Below, piece by piece: positions 37,646-46,634 of a DNA stretch of 60,805 bases. The DNA lies in assembly GCA_045559735.1 (NCBI GenBank), contig JBJLJN010000019.1, forward strand, positions 1 through 60,805, read 5' to 3'. This stretch comes from Candidatus Thalassarchaeum sp. (GTDB lineage Archaea > Thermoplasmatota > Poseidoniia > Poseidoniales > Thalassarchaeaceae). The position numbers and the translations under genes are program-made. The notes beneath the pieces are model-generated. The model made no database searches and had not been told where the DNA came from. It saw nothing but the letters and a program-made list of their open reading frames with translations. Numbering within the stretch: position 1 is the stretch's first letter; each line of letters starts with the position of its first letter.

Positions 37646-40600
37646 ACCAGCCGTAGCGCTGCATCGACGATTACGGCACTCGTCATCATTTCCTGTATCT
37701 CAGGTGTTGTGCTCGCGAATGATGCCGGAAGTGGTGGCGATGTCGGTGACTCTACCTCAACAGCACATTCCTTGAGTGCGGTCAATGCGACATACTACGG
37801 AAATCTGACCAATTTGGCCGATGAGAATGACTACTACTCAATCTCTATGCCAAACAACACCGGCATCTATGCCGAGTTGATTTCACCCGGGTTCAATGGA
37901 TCCAACGGATCTGGATTCAGTTCGAGTTGCTATAATGCCACCTCTCCACCATGCGATTTTGATTTGTTCCTGTACAGCTCAACGGGATCCACAATCGACT
38001 CAAGCCTCTCCACTTCAGGCTTCGACGACGTGTCTTCCAATAGTACTAATGTTGGAGGCACCACTGTGTACGTCAACGTAGACCAATGGGATGGGGATGG
38101 GCAGTATGCGCTGATAATCAGTATCTTCTCGACATCGACAGGTGGCGGTGGAGGTGGGGGGAACAACTCCACGAGTCTGCACGATGCGGGAATGGGATAC
38201 GATGCTGGTAACACCTACTCAACTGCAATGAATCTGTCAGCAGTCAACCAGTCTCTCTGGGGGGATGTAGATTACTCCACCGATACATATGATTACTACA
38301 GGATTACCGTCCCAGCCCAGTATGGTTTCGCTTTGACTCTTGATTGGAATGGCACTTCGACTAACCCTGATTTGGATCTCGAGCTCTATGATGCCAATGG
38401 CTCTCGGGTAGCATATAGCTGGTTTGGCAAACCCGAGTCTCTTGGCCCCTACAATGGCTCAGGCGGGATAACCTACAACGTGGCAGTTGTAGCCTTCATT
38501 GGTTCGTCGGGAGACTATCTGCTCAACCTTTCCTTCTACAACCTTTCATCCAGCCCCATCTACAACCAGAACGACGCTGGTACTGGTGACGATGCTTCTG
38601 ATGACTACAACAATCCGACACCAATCAACACATCAATCGGCCAGAATGTCTTCGATGGATGGGCCTCGGACAGCGGAGACACCTTGGATGAATACTCAAC
38701 TGCTGTGCCGGCGAATCACGGCATATCTGTTATCCTGATCTTCGATGACTCATCGACGAATCTCGACCTCGCTCTGGCAGGTCTACCAAATCCCACAAAC
38801 AACATCATCGATACCTCCTCAACTTTCTACAGTCCCGAGTCCGTAACCTCAAACGGAACATACGTTGGAGATGCCTCTGTACTCATTGAGGTGAATGCAA
38901 TATCAGGGCAAGGAGACTATAATCTGACGATATGGATCTTCCATCTGGATTCCGACGGTGATGGACATTGGGATGATAATGAGACTGCTTGCCTTTCTGA
39001 CCCGGATGACCCAGCGAGCGTCCCAACAGACACCGACGGGGATGGCGAATGCGATGTGCTAGACGATGATGACGACGGTGACGGATATGATGATGCTAAC
39101 GACAGTTTTCCTCTCGATAGCAGTGAGTGGCAGGACACAGATGGAGACCAGATAGGGGACAACACTGACGAAGATGACGATGGGGATGGGTGGGATGATT
39201 CTGACGAGTATCAATGTGGCACTGATCCTCTAGAGTTCACGAGTCAGCCAGTAGATACGGACGGGGATGGCGAATGCGACATCGTTGATGATGACGATGA
39301 TAATGACGGTTATCTCGACATCTCAGACGCTTTCCCACTGGATGATGATGAATGGGCAGATACCGATGGAGATGAAATTGGTAACAACGCCGACTTGGAT
39401 GACGATGACGACGGATTTCCTGATTCGATTGAGGCTACTTGCGGCTCGGATCCTCTCGATGCCGAATCTATTCCCGCCGATCTCGACCAAGACGGCTCAT
39501 GCAACGCTGTTGACGGCGATGATGACAACGATGGCTATGCAGACATCTCCGACGCCTTCCCTCTCAACCCTAACGAATGGCTCGACACAGATGGTGACAA
39601 TCTTGGAAACAACGCTGACCAGGATGATGATGGAGATTTGGTATTCGACGCCACAGATGCCTTCCCACTCGACCCCAGTGAATGGGGCGATAACGATGGC
39701 GACAACATTGGTGACAATGCCGATTTGGATGATGACAATGATGGCTGGTCCGATCTCGATGAGGCCGATTGCCAGACCGACCCATTCTCTTCGATCTCCA
39801 TACCCATCGATTATGACGGCGACCATGTTTGCGACAGGATGGATTCGGATGACGACGGGGACGGGGTGGATGACATCTACGATATGTTCCAGTTCGATGC
39901 CTCTGAATGGGACGATTTAGATCTGGATGGAGTAGGTGACAACACCGATTTAGACGATGATGGGGATGGCTGGGATGATCTTGATGAGCCGAATTGTGGT
40001 TCTTCTCCGATTGACGCGAATTCATTCCCCTCAGATTCCGATATGGATAGAATATGCGATGTTCTTGACCCGGATGACGACAATGATATGATTCTGGATA
40101 TCAACGACGACTTCCCACTAGATCCAGCCGAGCATGAAGATTACGATGACGACGGTATCGGCAACAATGCTGATGACGATGACGATGACGATGGTTGGCC
40201 AGATGCTTTGGAGGTGATTTGCCAAACCATCCAACTATCTGCGAGCTCTGTACCTGAGGACACCGATGGTGATGGAACGTGTGATGTAATCGATGCTGAC
40301 GATGACGACGATGGGATAGGCGATCCCAATGATGCATTCCCCAAGGATCCTGACGAGTGGGAGGATCGCGATGGTGATGGGCTGGGTGACAGAGCTAATC
40401 CACTATCAATTGTTGATCATATCAGGCTCAATCCAGTGATTACCATAATATTGATAATCGCTATACTGGGGGGCACTGCAGCTGTTATATTGCTCAATAA
40501 CAGGAGAAATCAGTCGTCCTCTGTAGAGGTATGGCAGGACGACGAGTACAGCAGATTCGATGAGACTCCCGTCGTCCCATCATCACTTACCGAATATTCC

Positions 40601-40888
40601 ACTCTTCCTGAGACTCCCCTGATGAGCCCCGAGGCGGCCCCCGAAATCGAGCCTGACCAGATTGATGAAACTCTGTTATTGTCTTCGACTGAGAGGTCGC
40701 CTCCACCGCCGCCTCCCGGTTTTGAGTACCTCGCTATGCCCGATGAGGATTCACTAATCAGGGCTGATAGCTGGGAGGATCTCCCGGAAGGTGGAGATTA
40801 CGTGCAGACTGAGCCAATGAGATACATCGGAGAAGACTGTGGCACGTGGATCCGACAAGAGGATGATAGCTGGGTTTTGGATGAGTGA
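37643..40888 (+). CDS. Surface protein (1081 aa): signal peptide, 3 PPC-like (pre-peptidase C-terminal-like) domains, thrombospondin type-3-like Ca-binding repeat array, TM anchor, cytoplasmic tail
   Basis: N-terminal hydrophobic signal (ITALVIISCISGVVLA). Three modules begin NDAGSGGDVGD, HDAGMGYDAGN and NDAGTGDDASD. They carry the PPC-like motif DYYRITVPAQYGFALTLDW...DLDLELYDANG. A D-rich array (DTDGDGECDVLDDDDDGDGYDDANDSFPLD...) follows, then a TM helix (VITIILIIAILGGTAAVILL) and a 140-aa tail containing PPPPPPGFE. Confidence 0.8.
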   Translation: MTSRSAASTITALVIISCISGVVLANDAGSGGDVGDSTSTAHSLSAVNATYYGNLTNLADENDYYSISMPNNTGIYAELISPGFNGSNGSGFSSSCYNATSPPCDFDLFLYSSTGSTIDSSLSTSGFDDVSSNSTNVGGTTVYVNVDQWDGDGQYALIISIFSTSTGGGGGGGNNSTSLHDAGMGYDAGNTYSTAMNLSAVNQSLWGDVDYSTDTYDYYRITVPAQYGFALTLDWNGTSTNPDLDLELYDANGSRVAYSWFGKPESLGPYNGSGGITYNVAVVAFIGSSGDYLLNLSFYNLSSSPIYNQNDAGTGDDASDDYNNPTPINTSIGQNVFDGWASDSGDTLDEYSTAVPANHGISVILIFDDSSTNLDLALAGLPNPTNNIIDTSSTFYSPESVTSNGTYVGDASVLIEVNAISGQGDYNLTIWIFHLDSDGDGHWDDNETACLSDPDDPASVPTDTDGDGECDVLDDDDDGDGYDDANDSFPLDSSEWQDTDGDQIGDNTDEDDDGDGWDDSDEYQCGTDPLEFTSQPVDTDGDGECDIVDDDDDNDGYLDISDAFPLDDDEWADTDGDEIGNNADLDDDDDGFPDSIEATCGSDPLDAESIPADLDQDGSCNAVDGDDDNDGYADISDAFPLNPNEWLDTDGDNLGNNADQDDDGDLVFDATDAFPLDPSEWGDNDGDNIGDNADLDDDNDGWSDLDEADCQTDPFSSISIPIDYDGDHVCDRMDSDDDGDGVDDIYDMFQFDASEWDDLDLDGVGDNTDLDDDGDGWDDLDEPNCGSSPIDANSFPSDSDMDRICDVLDPDDDNDMILDINDDFPLDPAEHEDYDDDGIGNNADDDDDDDGWPDALEVICQTIQLSASSVPEDTDGDGTCDVIDADDDDDGIGDPNDAFPKDPDEWEDRDGDGLGDRANPLSIVDHIRLNPVITIILIIAILGGTAAVILLNNRRNQSSSVEVWQDDEYSRFDETPVVPSSLTEYSTLPETPLMSPEAAPEIEPDQIDETLLLSSTERSPPPPPPGFEYLAMPDEDSLIRADSWEDLPEGGDYVQTEPMRYIGEDCGTWIRQEDDSWVLDE
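38945..40400 (+). repeat. Array of about 6.5 diverged super-units of about 75-80 aa of thrombospondin type-3-like DxDxDGxxDxxD repeats (coding)
   Basis: Recurrent pattern C-x-(S/T)DP-x-D-x-x-S-x-P-x-D-x-DGDG-x-CD-x-x-D-DDD(N/G)DG-x-x-D-x-x-DAFPLD-x-x-EW-x-DTDGD-x-IG(D/N)N-x-D-x-DDDGDGW-x-D, read from the translation. Confidence 0.8.
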
Positions 40889-40973
40889 GAGCCGCGTTGG
40901 TTATTTTATTTCTGATAAGTCATGGATTATCGGCCATATAACGTCGAAATCCTCAATTTCAGGGCTATTTGGG

Positions 40974-40994
40974 TATTTACACCCCATAGGGGTG
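40974..40994 (+). promoter_or_regulatory. Putative promoter/operator: TATTTA box (40974-40979) immediately followed by palindrome CACCCC-ATA-GGGGTG (40980-40994)
   Basis: Read directly. It lies 63 nt upstream of the signal-peptide ATG at 41057. The same arrangement occurs upstream of the giant ORF at 46565-46593. Confidence 0.4.
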
Positions 40995-41056
40995 CTCTGA
41001 GCATCTTACGACACGATTATATCATTTCCATCGCCTCATGCACGTTAGTGACACCC

Positions 41057-44000
41057 ATGAACGAGAACGCCCCACGCTCTGTATGTCTAGTTGTACTGAT
41101 GATTGCCGCCATTGCACTGCCTTTGATGCAGACCGGACCTCCTCCTGAATTGGAGGTTATTCCGGCCAAGGAGGAGGTTGCTGCCAACCCCTGTCAGGGC
41201 TATGATGCCTGTTTAGGCCACGATGCTGGCGGATATAACTACGGGAACGAGATTTGTCCCGGGGGCTCAGGGGTGTGTCCTGTCGGTAATCTGACTACAT
41301 ACGTTGATTACGGCTCAAGCGAGACGACAACCACGTTCTATGGTCACATGGAGGGGTATTTCTCCCCCTACACTACCGATGACGACGATAAGTACTCGAT
41401 TTGGGTCCCTGCGGGCTACGGAGTCAATGCGACCCTTTCCTGGAACGGCACTGGAACCATGATGTACGGGGCAATCGGTAGCGGTTTGACTGGTACTTAC
41501 TCTGGCTATGACACCTTTGGATACGGCGCCATTTCCGGAGTGACAATGTCTACTATCGGTACTGCGGTGAGCAATACTCTTGTCGACATCTATCTTGACT
41601 GTTACTACTCCTATTGCTCACAAACAGGCTCCAACAGCCCCACTGGGTCTGGCTATGATTACAAGATGGAGATCACCACCTGGCCGTCTGATGCTGGAGG
41701 GTATGGCGATTCTACCCAGGCATATTCGACAGGAGTTACTTCCACTTGGGACAATGGCGATACCTATGTCGGTGCTTGCCAGCGCTATGGTGGCACTATA
41801 GCATGCCAAGTTCCTCACTCTACTAACAACGGAGCTGACACAGGTACCAAGACTCTCGCAGCCGGAGAGTCATTCGGCCTATTCGTCAATCACGACCACT
41901 ATGCAGATACCGAGTCTACACTCACTGTCACTTGTACCTCTGGTACTCAATCAGCAGCGATTGCTCAGAACGACGGTTTCCTTCCAAGCACTAACGATGC
42001 CGGAAAGTTTCTGGCATCGTTTTCCGGACCAGATGTATGTACAGCTGTAACCACTGACATATACAACGACGGCGGAATAGAGGCTTACTGGGCAGGTATG
42101 ACGCCTCCAGTAACGGGTCTTCTGACCGCTTCTCTGGTCACAACCCCGGCTTCTCATTACGGAGTAGTCGGAACCACTGACATCTCTGATACTTATGCAG
42201 TAGTCATCCCTGATGGGACCTTTGGCGCACTGACTCTGGACTGGGATGGAAATGTCGATCTGGATTTGAGAGTATACACCGACTCAGCCCTCACATCTCT
42301 GCATGCTGGGTCATACTACAGCCAGCCTGAGACAATTGATCTATCTTCATTGGGCGACGACATCACCGTATACGCCAAGGTCAGTTACTACAGCTACTGG
42401 TCTACAGATCCGGCCTCAGGGTACTCCCTGACGCTCGATCTCACGCCTTCAGTATTCCCGCCGTGCTGGTTCCAAGATGATGGGGCAGCAGTGGGCATGG
42501 GTGTTTACGACGGCACTGGTTCAGATGCACCCTCTTCCAGAACTGGTGCAACCACACTATCGGGCATGAGCGGATCCATCACAGGTATGATCTGCGATGG
42601 CACCGACAGCCTGGATACTGCGGATTGGTTCGAGTTCACAGTTCCAGCCGATCATGGTCTCTGGGCTATGCTGGAATGGACCAAGAACGAATCAACAGAT
42701 TATCTAATGCTTTACCAGTACATGGAACGCTTCGGCAGCCAGTACAGTGTATCCAACTCGATCAGTTCTTTCTTCGCTACACAGGCAGTGTCTTCCAACG
42801 AATCTTACAGCTGGAGAACTGATCTTTCCCTCACGACGACCAGTTGGATTGCAGTTATGGCCGGCAACATGGTCGATGATGAGGAGTACAACTACACCCT
42901 CACTTGGCAGATGTACAATCAGTCGGAGAGTTGGATCAACCCATCCAACGATGCAGGCTCTGGGGTCGATGCTGGTGACTCGTCTTACGCAGTCTCAAGC
43001 CCCGTGGTTCTACCGTCAGTCAATAACACCTACACTGGCCACGGCCACGACTACGAGGATATGTATGACCAATACAAGGTATACGTGCCTCAGAACTACG
43101 GTCTACACGTAGTTGTGAGCTTCCCTGCGCAGAACGACATCGATGTATTCGTTCGTCGTGTCTCGTCTGGCACCTCTTTGCTTAACATCGCATCTGGTTA
43201 CAATGACAATCCTGAGGACATCTGGATCTACCCAAGTAACGGTGGACAGGATCTGTACATCATCGTCTGGACTGACCGAGGTTCAGGTGCTTACACCATG
43301 GACATAGACCTGATTACCTCAGATACTGATCCCGACCCGGAGGATGACTGTGGCATAGGAATGGATGCTGCTGACACAATTTGGACTAGCTGGTCCGATG
43401 CCACTTGGCTGAACAACTCCAATCAAATAGACGCCAATGGCGATGCTAATGACACTGGAGGTGTATGCACGGGCTGGATTAGCGACCTAGTTGACGAGTA
43501 CGACGTCTACTTGATCAATATTCCACCAGCTCATTACCTGCAGTGGAATGTCTCATGGATACCCCAGCCTGGTGTAACCGTCTACACGTACATGTACAAG
43601 TGTCAGCTTCAGCACCTACCGTGTGGCTCTCAGTCTGCCTACTATGTTTCACAGCAGTACAATTCAGTAGGTTTCACAGCCGGCTCTACCGGACTGTGGT
43701 GGTCTTCAGGTGGATGGGCTGTTCTCGAAGTTAGATCAACTAATGCCGTCCATCTAGACTACACTATGGACATCCAGTTCTTGTCCCTCGCCAGTATATT
43801 CGGAGGCATACAGAATGATGCCAATTCAAGCTTCGATGCTGGCTCTGGAGCCGCAGATGCCGTTCATGTGAACACCTACATCAACCAGACTGGTGACACC
43901 TTGAATTGGCAAGGATGGAACCATCCATCGGTGGACACAACTGATCGCTACACGTTCGATGTACCTGTCAACCATGGCTTCGAGGCCTGTACTGAGCACG

Positions 44001-46057
44001 CGGGCAGGCAGTATGGTCCGACCGGCTCCGGTAGTGTACTGATGATTATGGATGTCTATGGCACTCCCTCTAGTCCTCTGCCTGCAAACACATATGTCTA
44101 CTATGGTTTGAACCCGATGTGTTGGTCGACCAATCAGAGCAGTGATTACTTCGGCGGCGAGGCGTTCATGTTGGGCGTGAGAAACTGGGCTCCGTATCTG
44201 TATTCTAATCCTGGAGAGGTTACTGACTACAACGTCTCAGTCACTTTCTTCACCCTCGACGCTGATGGTGATGGCTGGTATGATGACATGGAAGTAGCAT
44301 GCGGAACCGATCCATTCGACAATAGCAGCGTGCCTTCGGACATCGATGCTGATGGAATCTGTGATGCATTAGATAGCGACAGGGATGGTGACGGAGTGAT
44401 TGACGCCAATGACGCCTTCCCTGACGATGCCAACGAGTCGTCTGACCTTGATGGAGATGGCATAGGTGACAACACCGACAACGATCTCGATGACGATGGT
44501 TGGAACAACTCTGATGAGGTCGATTGTCTGACCGATCCACTGGATTCGACATTCTTCCCGGATGACTTCGACGGCGACGGCATTTGCGACTTAATCGACT
44601 CTGATGACGACAACGATGGCTATGATGACATGATCGATGTGTTCCCGATGAATGCTTCCGAATGGGCAGATAACGACAATGATTTCATTGGCGACAACCT
44701 CGATTTGGACGATGACAACGACGGCTACGACGATGAGACCGAGGTCGCTTGCCTGTCTGATCCACTCGATGTCATGAGCATTCCAGTCGATCAGGACCTG
44801 GACGGACTTTGTGATGCACAGGACAACGACCTCGACGGAGATGGCTACGACAATGACGTAGACGCCTTCCCGCAGGACCCTATTGAGTGGGTTGATACTG
44901 ACGGAGATGGTTTTGGAGACAACGAGGACACTGATGATGACAATGACATCGTGCTCGACGTGGACGACGCTTTCCCACTGGACTCCAGCGAATGGATTGA
45001 CACTGATGGCGACAATGTTGGTGACAATGCTGATCTGAACGATGACGGAGACGCCTGGACTGACGCAGAGGAAGCTTTGTGCGGCTCCGACTCTCTGGAT
45101 GCTGATTCAGTACCTGATGACTACGACAACGATGGCCTGTGCGACAAGGTAGATACCGACGACGATGGCGACGGCTGGCTGGACATCGACGATGCCTTCC
45201 CCTATGACGCCACTGATTATACTGATCTTGACGGCGATGGCGTGGGCGACTTCACAGACACCGACGACGATAATGATGGCTGGTTAGACTCCGAGGAGCC
45301 TAACTGCGGCACCGATCCTATGGACATGTTCTCTGTGCCTGATGATAATGACCGCGACCATCAGTGTGACATAGTCGACCCTGACGACGACAATGACGGT
45401 ACACTGGACGTCGATGACGACTTCCCGATGAACCCGGCTGAGAGCAATGATCTCGACGGCGATGGCATGGGAGATAACTCTGACAACGACGACGATGGCG
45501 ACGGCTGGTTGGATGTAACAGAAGCTCTGTGCGCTGCCGCCGGTGGCTATGGCGATCCAATGAACTCCGCTGTGGTTCCGAGAGACTCCGAGACTGACCC
45601 AGGTCCAGACGGAGTATATGGTACGGACGATGACGACCCTGACACGATTATCGGAGACACTGTCTGTGACGCTCTAGACCCAGATTGGGACGGCGACGGA
45701 GCTCCAAACCCTGCAGACCCAGACAACCCTGTTTGCAATGCAGATCTGTGTGAGGACTTCTTCCCATGGGATCCAACCGAGAAGCACGATGCCAACGGTG
45801 ACGGTCTGGGCGATAGTGGCACCGAACTGACATTCATGGATGACTTCCAAGCCGAGCCAATGCCGTTTATCGGCGCTGGCGTAGCAGTCATCGCCTTGGT
45901 TGCCCTAGTGCGCCGTGGCATGGGTGGCGACGATGAGGACGACTTCGACGAGGATTCTGACTACACCGAGGATTTCCTTGACGACGACGAACTCGATGAG
46001 GCCATTGACGAGGCCTTCGACGAGGACGATGAAGAAGTCGATGAAGACGAGGACTAA
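41057..46057 (+). CDS. Surface protein (about 1666 aa), paralog of the preceding gene: signal anchor, multiple PPC-like domains, thrombospondin type-3-like repeat array, TM anchor, poly-acidic cytoplasmic tail
   Basis: The start is taken at ATG 41057 (MNENAPRSVCLVVLMIAAIALPLM). The track start at 40922 adds a non-protein-like leader. DAG-type modules occur (SNDAGSGVDAGDSSYA..., QNDANSSFDAGSGAADA...) with the motif DQYKVYVPQNYGLHVVVSF...DIDVFV. A D-rich array (DADGDGWYDDMEVACGTDPFD...) follows, then a TM helix (FIGAGVAVIALVALV) and a D/E-rich tail. Confidence 0.8.
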   Translation: MNENAPRSVCLVVLMIAAIALPLMQTGPPPELEVIPAKEEVAANPCQGYDACLGHDAGGYNYGNEICPGGSGVCPVGNLTTYVDYGSSETTTTFYGHMEGYFSPYTTDDDDKYSIWVPAGYGVNATLSWNGTGTMMYGAIGSGLTGTYSGYDTFGYGAISGVTMSTIGTAVSNTLVDIYLDCYYSYCSQTGSNSPTGSGYDYKMEITTWPSDAGGYGDSTQAYSTGVTSTWDNGDTYVGACQRYGGTIACQVPHSTNNGADTGTKTLAAGESFGLFVNHDHYADTESTLTVTCTSGTQSAAIAQNDGFLPSTNDAGKFLASFSGPDVCTAVTTDIYNDGGIEAYWAGMTPPVTGLLTASLVTTPASHYGVVGTTDISDTYAVVIPDGTFGALTLDWDGNVDLDLRVYTDSALTSLHAGSYYSQPETIDLSSLGDDITVYAKVSYYSYWSTDPASGYSLTLDLTPSVFPPCWFQDDGAAVGMGVYDGTGSDAPSSRTGATTLSGMSGSITGMICDGTDSLDTADWFEFTVPADHGLWAMLEWTKNESTDYLMLYQYMERFGSQYSVSNSISSFFATQAVSSNESYSWRTDLSLTTTSWIAVMAGNMVDDEEYNYTLTWQMYNQSESWINPSNDAGSGVDAGDSSYAVSSPVVLPSVNNTYTGHGHDYEDMYDQYKVYVPQNYGLHVVVSFPAQNDIDVFVRRVSSGTSLLNIASGYNDNPEDIWIYPSNGGQDLYIIVWTDRGSGAYTMDIDLITSDTDPDPEDDCGIGMDAADTIWTSWSDATWLNNSNQIDANGDANDTGGVCTGWISDLVDEYDVYLINIPPAHYLQWNVSWIPQPGVTVYTYMYKCQLQHLPCGSQSAYYVSQQYNSVGFTAGSTGLWWSSGGWAVLEVRSTNAVHLDYTMDIQFLSLASIFGGIQNDANSSFDAGSGAADAVHVNTYINQTGDTLNWQGWNHPSVDTTDRYTFDVPVNHGFEACTEHAGRQYGPTGSGSVLMIMDVYGTPSSPLPANTYVYYGLNPMCWSTNQSSDYFGGEAFMLGVRNWAPYLYSNPGEVTDYNVSVTFFTLDADGDGWYDDMEVACGTDPFDNSSVPSDIDADGICDALDSDRDGDGVIDANDAFPDDANESSDLDGDGIGDNTDNDLDDDGWNNSDEVDCLTDPLDSTFFPDDFDGDGICDLIDSDDDNDGYDDMIDVFPMNASEWADNDNDFIGDNLDLDDDNDGYDDETEVACLSDPLDVMSIPVDQDLDGLCDAQDNDLDGDGYDNDVDAFPQDPIEWVDTDGDGFGDNEDTDDDNDIVLDVDDAFPLDSSEWIDTDGDNVGDNADLNDDGDAWTDAEEALCGSDSLDADSVPDDYDNDGLCDKVDTDDDGDGWLDIDDAFPYDATDYTDLDGDGVGDFTDTDDDNDGWLDSEEPNCGTDPMDMFSVPDDNDRDHQCDIVDPDDDNDGTLDVDDDFPMNPAESNDLDGDGMGDNSDNDDDGDGWLDVTEALCAAAGGYGDPMNSAVVPRDSETDPGPDGVYGTDDDDPDTIIGDTVCDALDPDWDGDGAPNPADPDNPVCNADLCEDFFPWDPTEKHDANGDGLGDSGTELTFMDDFQAEPMPFIGAGVAVIALVALVRRGMGGDDEDDFDEDSDYTEDFLDDDELDEAIDEAFDEDDEEVDEDED
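44256..45822 (+). repeat. Thrombospondin type-3-like DxDxDGxxDxxD repeat array (coding), homologous to 38945-40400
   Basis: Shows the same super-unit pattern (CxxDPxD..S.P.D.DGDG.CD..D.D.DGDG..D..DAFP.D..EW.DTDGD..GDN.D.DDD.D) through about seven units. Confidence 0.8.
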
Positions 46058-46083
46058 TCCTCGAGACATAACCGGCCCGCCCG

Positions 46084-46102
46084 GGGCCCCAGACTGGGGC
46101 CC
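46084..46102 (+). terminator. GC-rich hairpin (GGGCCCCAG-A-CTGGGGCCC) 27 nt after the stop codon, followed by T-runs
   Basis: The palindrome is read directly. Oligo-T tracts (for example cctatttttt and gttgttttttgtctattttt) begin about 130 nt downstream. Its role as a terminator is inferred. Confidence 0.35.
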
Positions 46103-46169
46103 TGACGGGTCTGGATAATTCAGCTAACACGCGCTCGCCCGCGCGCGTACGCGAGAGAGGGAAGGATCA

Positions 46170-46560
46170 GATGATAACTCCTAATGCGGATTTATCAGCC
46201 GGGAGAAGTGTGTTTCGAGCGTTCCGAACTAACCTATTTTTTACTCTAAATACCCCCTATTTTGAGTTGTTTTTTGTCTATTTTTGGCCCCTTTCATATA
46301 TAAAGAAAAAAGTAATTTCTTTCCTTATTAGATATCAAAATTCCCACTTTTTTACTATTCAATTTCAAGATTCGATTCGATTCGATTCAAAAGCTCGAAT
46401 TTTTCTTCTCCAGGGTGATCGAATTTGATTTTCGGCGGAACCGCAAATAGCTACTTAGTCGACCGATTTGAGATGTTATTTTTCACTGTATTATCAGCCA
46501 AAATCTGCCCCTGAATACCTTCAATGGCCGATTTCATACTCTATCAAAATCAATTATCAG
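46170..46560. other. AT-rich, non-coding island of about 390 nt containing a (GATTC)x4 microsatellite (46369-46388) and T-runs
   Basis: Composition is visibly far more AT-rich than the flanks. Track ORF 46171..46428 translates to F/I/L/Y-rich nonsense. Short direct repeats tcgaattt/tcgaattt and gattcgattcgattcgattc are read directly. Confidence 0.6.
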
Positions 46561-46564
46561 CCCC

Positions 46565-46593
46565 TATTTACCAAACCCACCCTATAGGGTGGG
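46565..46593 (+). promoter_or_regulatory. Putative promoter/operator of the giant ORF: TATTTA box (46565-46570), 5-nt gap, perfect 18-nt palindrome CCCACCCTATAGGGTGGG (46576-46593)
   Basis: Read directly. The palindrome ends 42 nt upstream of ATG 46635. If TATTTA is the TATA box, the palindrome occupies the region from TATA to the expected transcription start. Confidence 0.4.
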
Positions 46594-46634
46594 CTCCGAA
46601 ATGTTCTAAATGCTGGTAGGACCTCAGAAGTAAC

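Noticed and set aside
40922-41056. N-terminal extensions of track ORFs (40922 here; likewise 28781-29116, 18710-18973, 7669-7716, 653-781, 3509-3592, 36673-36711 and 11266-11319)
   Set aside because: The track reports maximal ATG/GTG/TTG-to-stop ORFs. In each case the extension overlaps the upstream gene or RNA, or encodes non-protein-like sequence. An internal start immediately precedes a signal peptide or the conserved N-terminus.
46171-46428. 85-aa ORF in the AT-rich island
   Set aside because: The translation is F/I/L/Y/K-rich, as expected from random AT-rich DNA. It has no start context and no motifs.
46170-46634. Replication origin (AT-rich unwinding element plus ORB-like TTCTCCAGGGTGA)
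   Set aside because: There is only a single weak ORB-like match, no inverted pair of ORB elements, and no cdc6/orc1 gene nearby. A promoter or junction region is the simpler reading.
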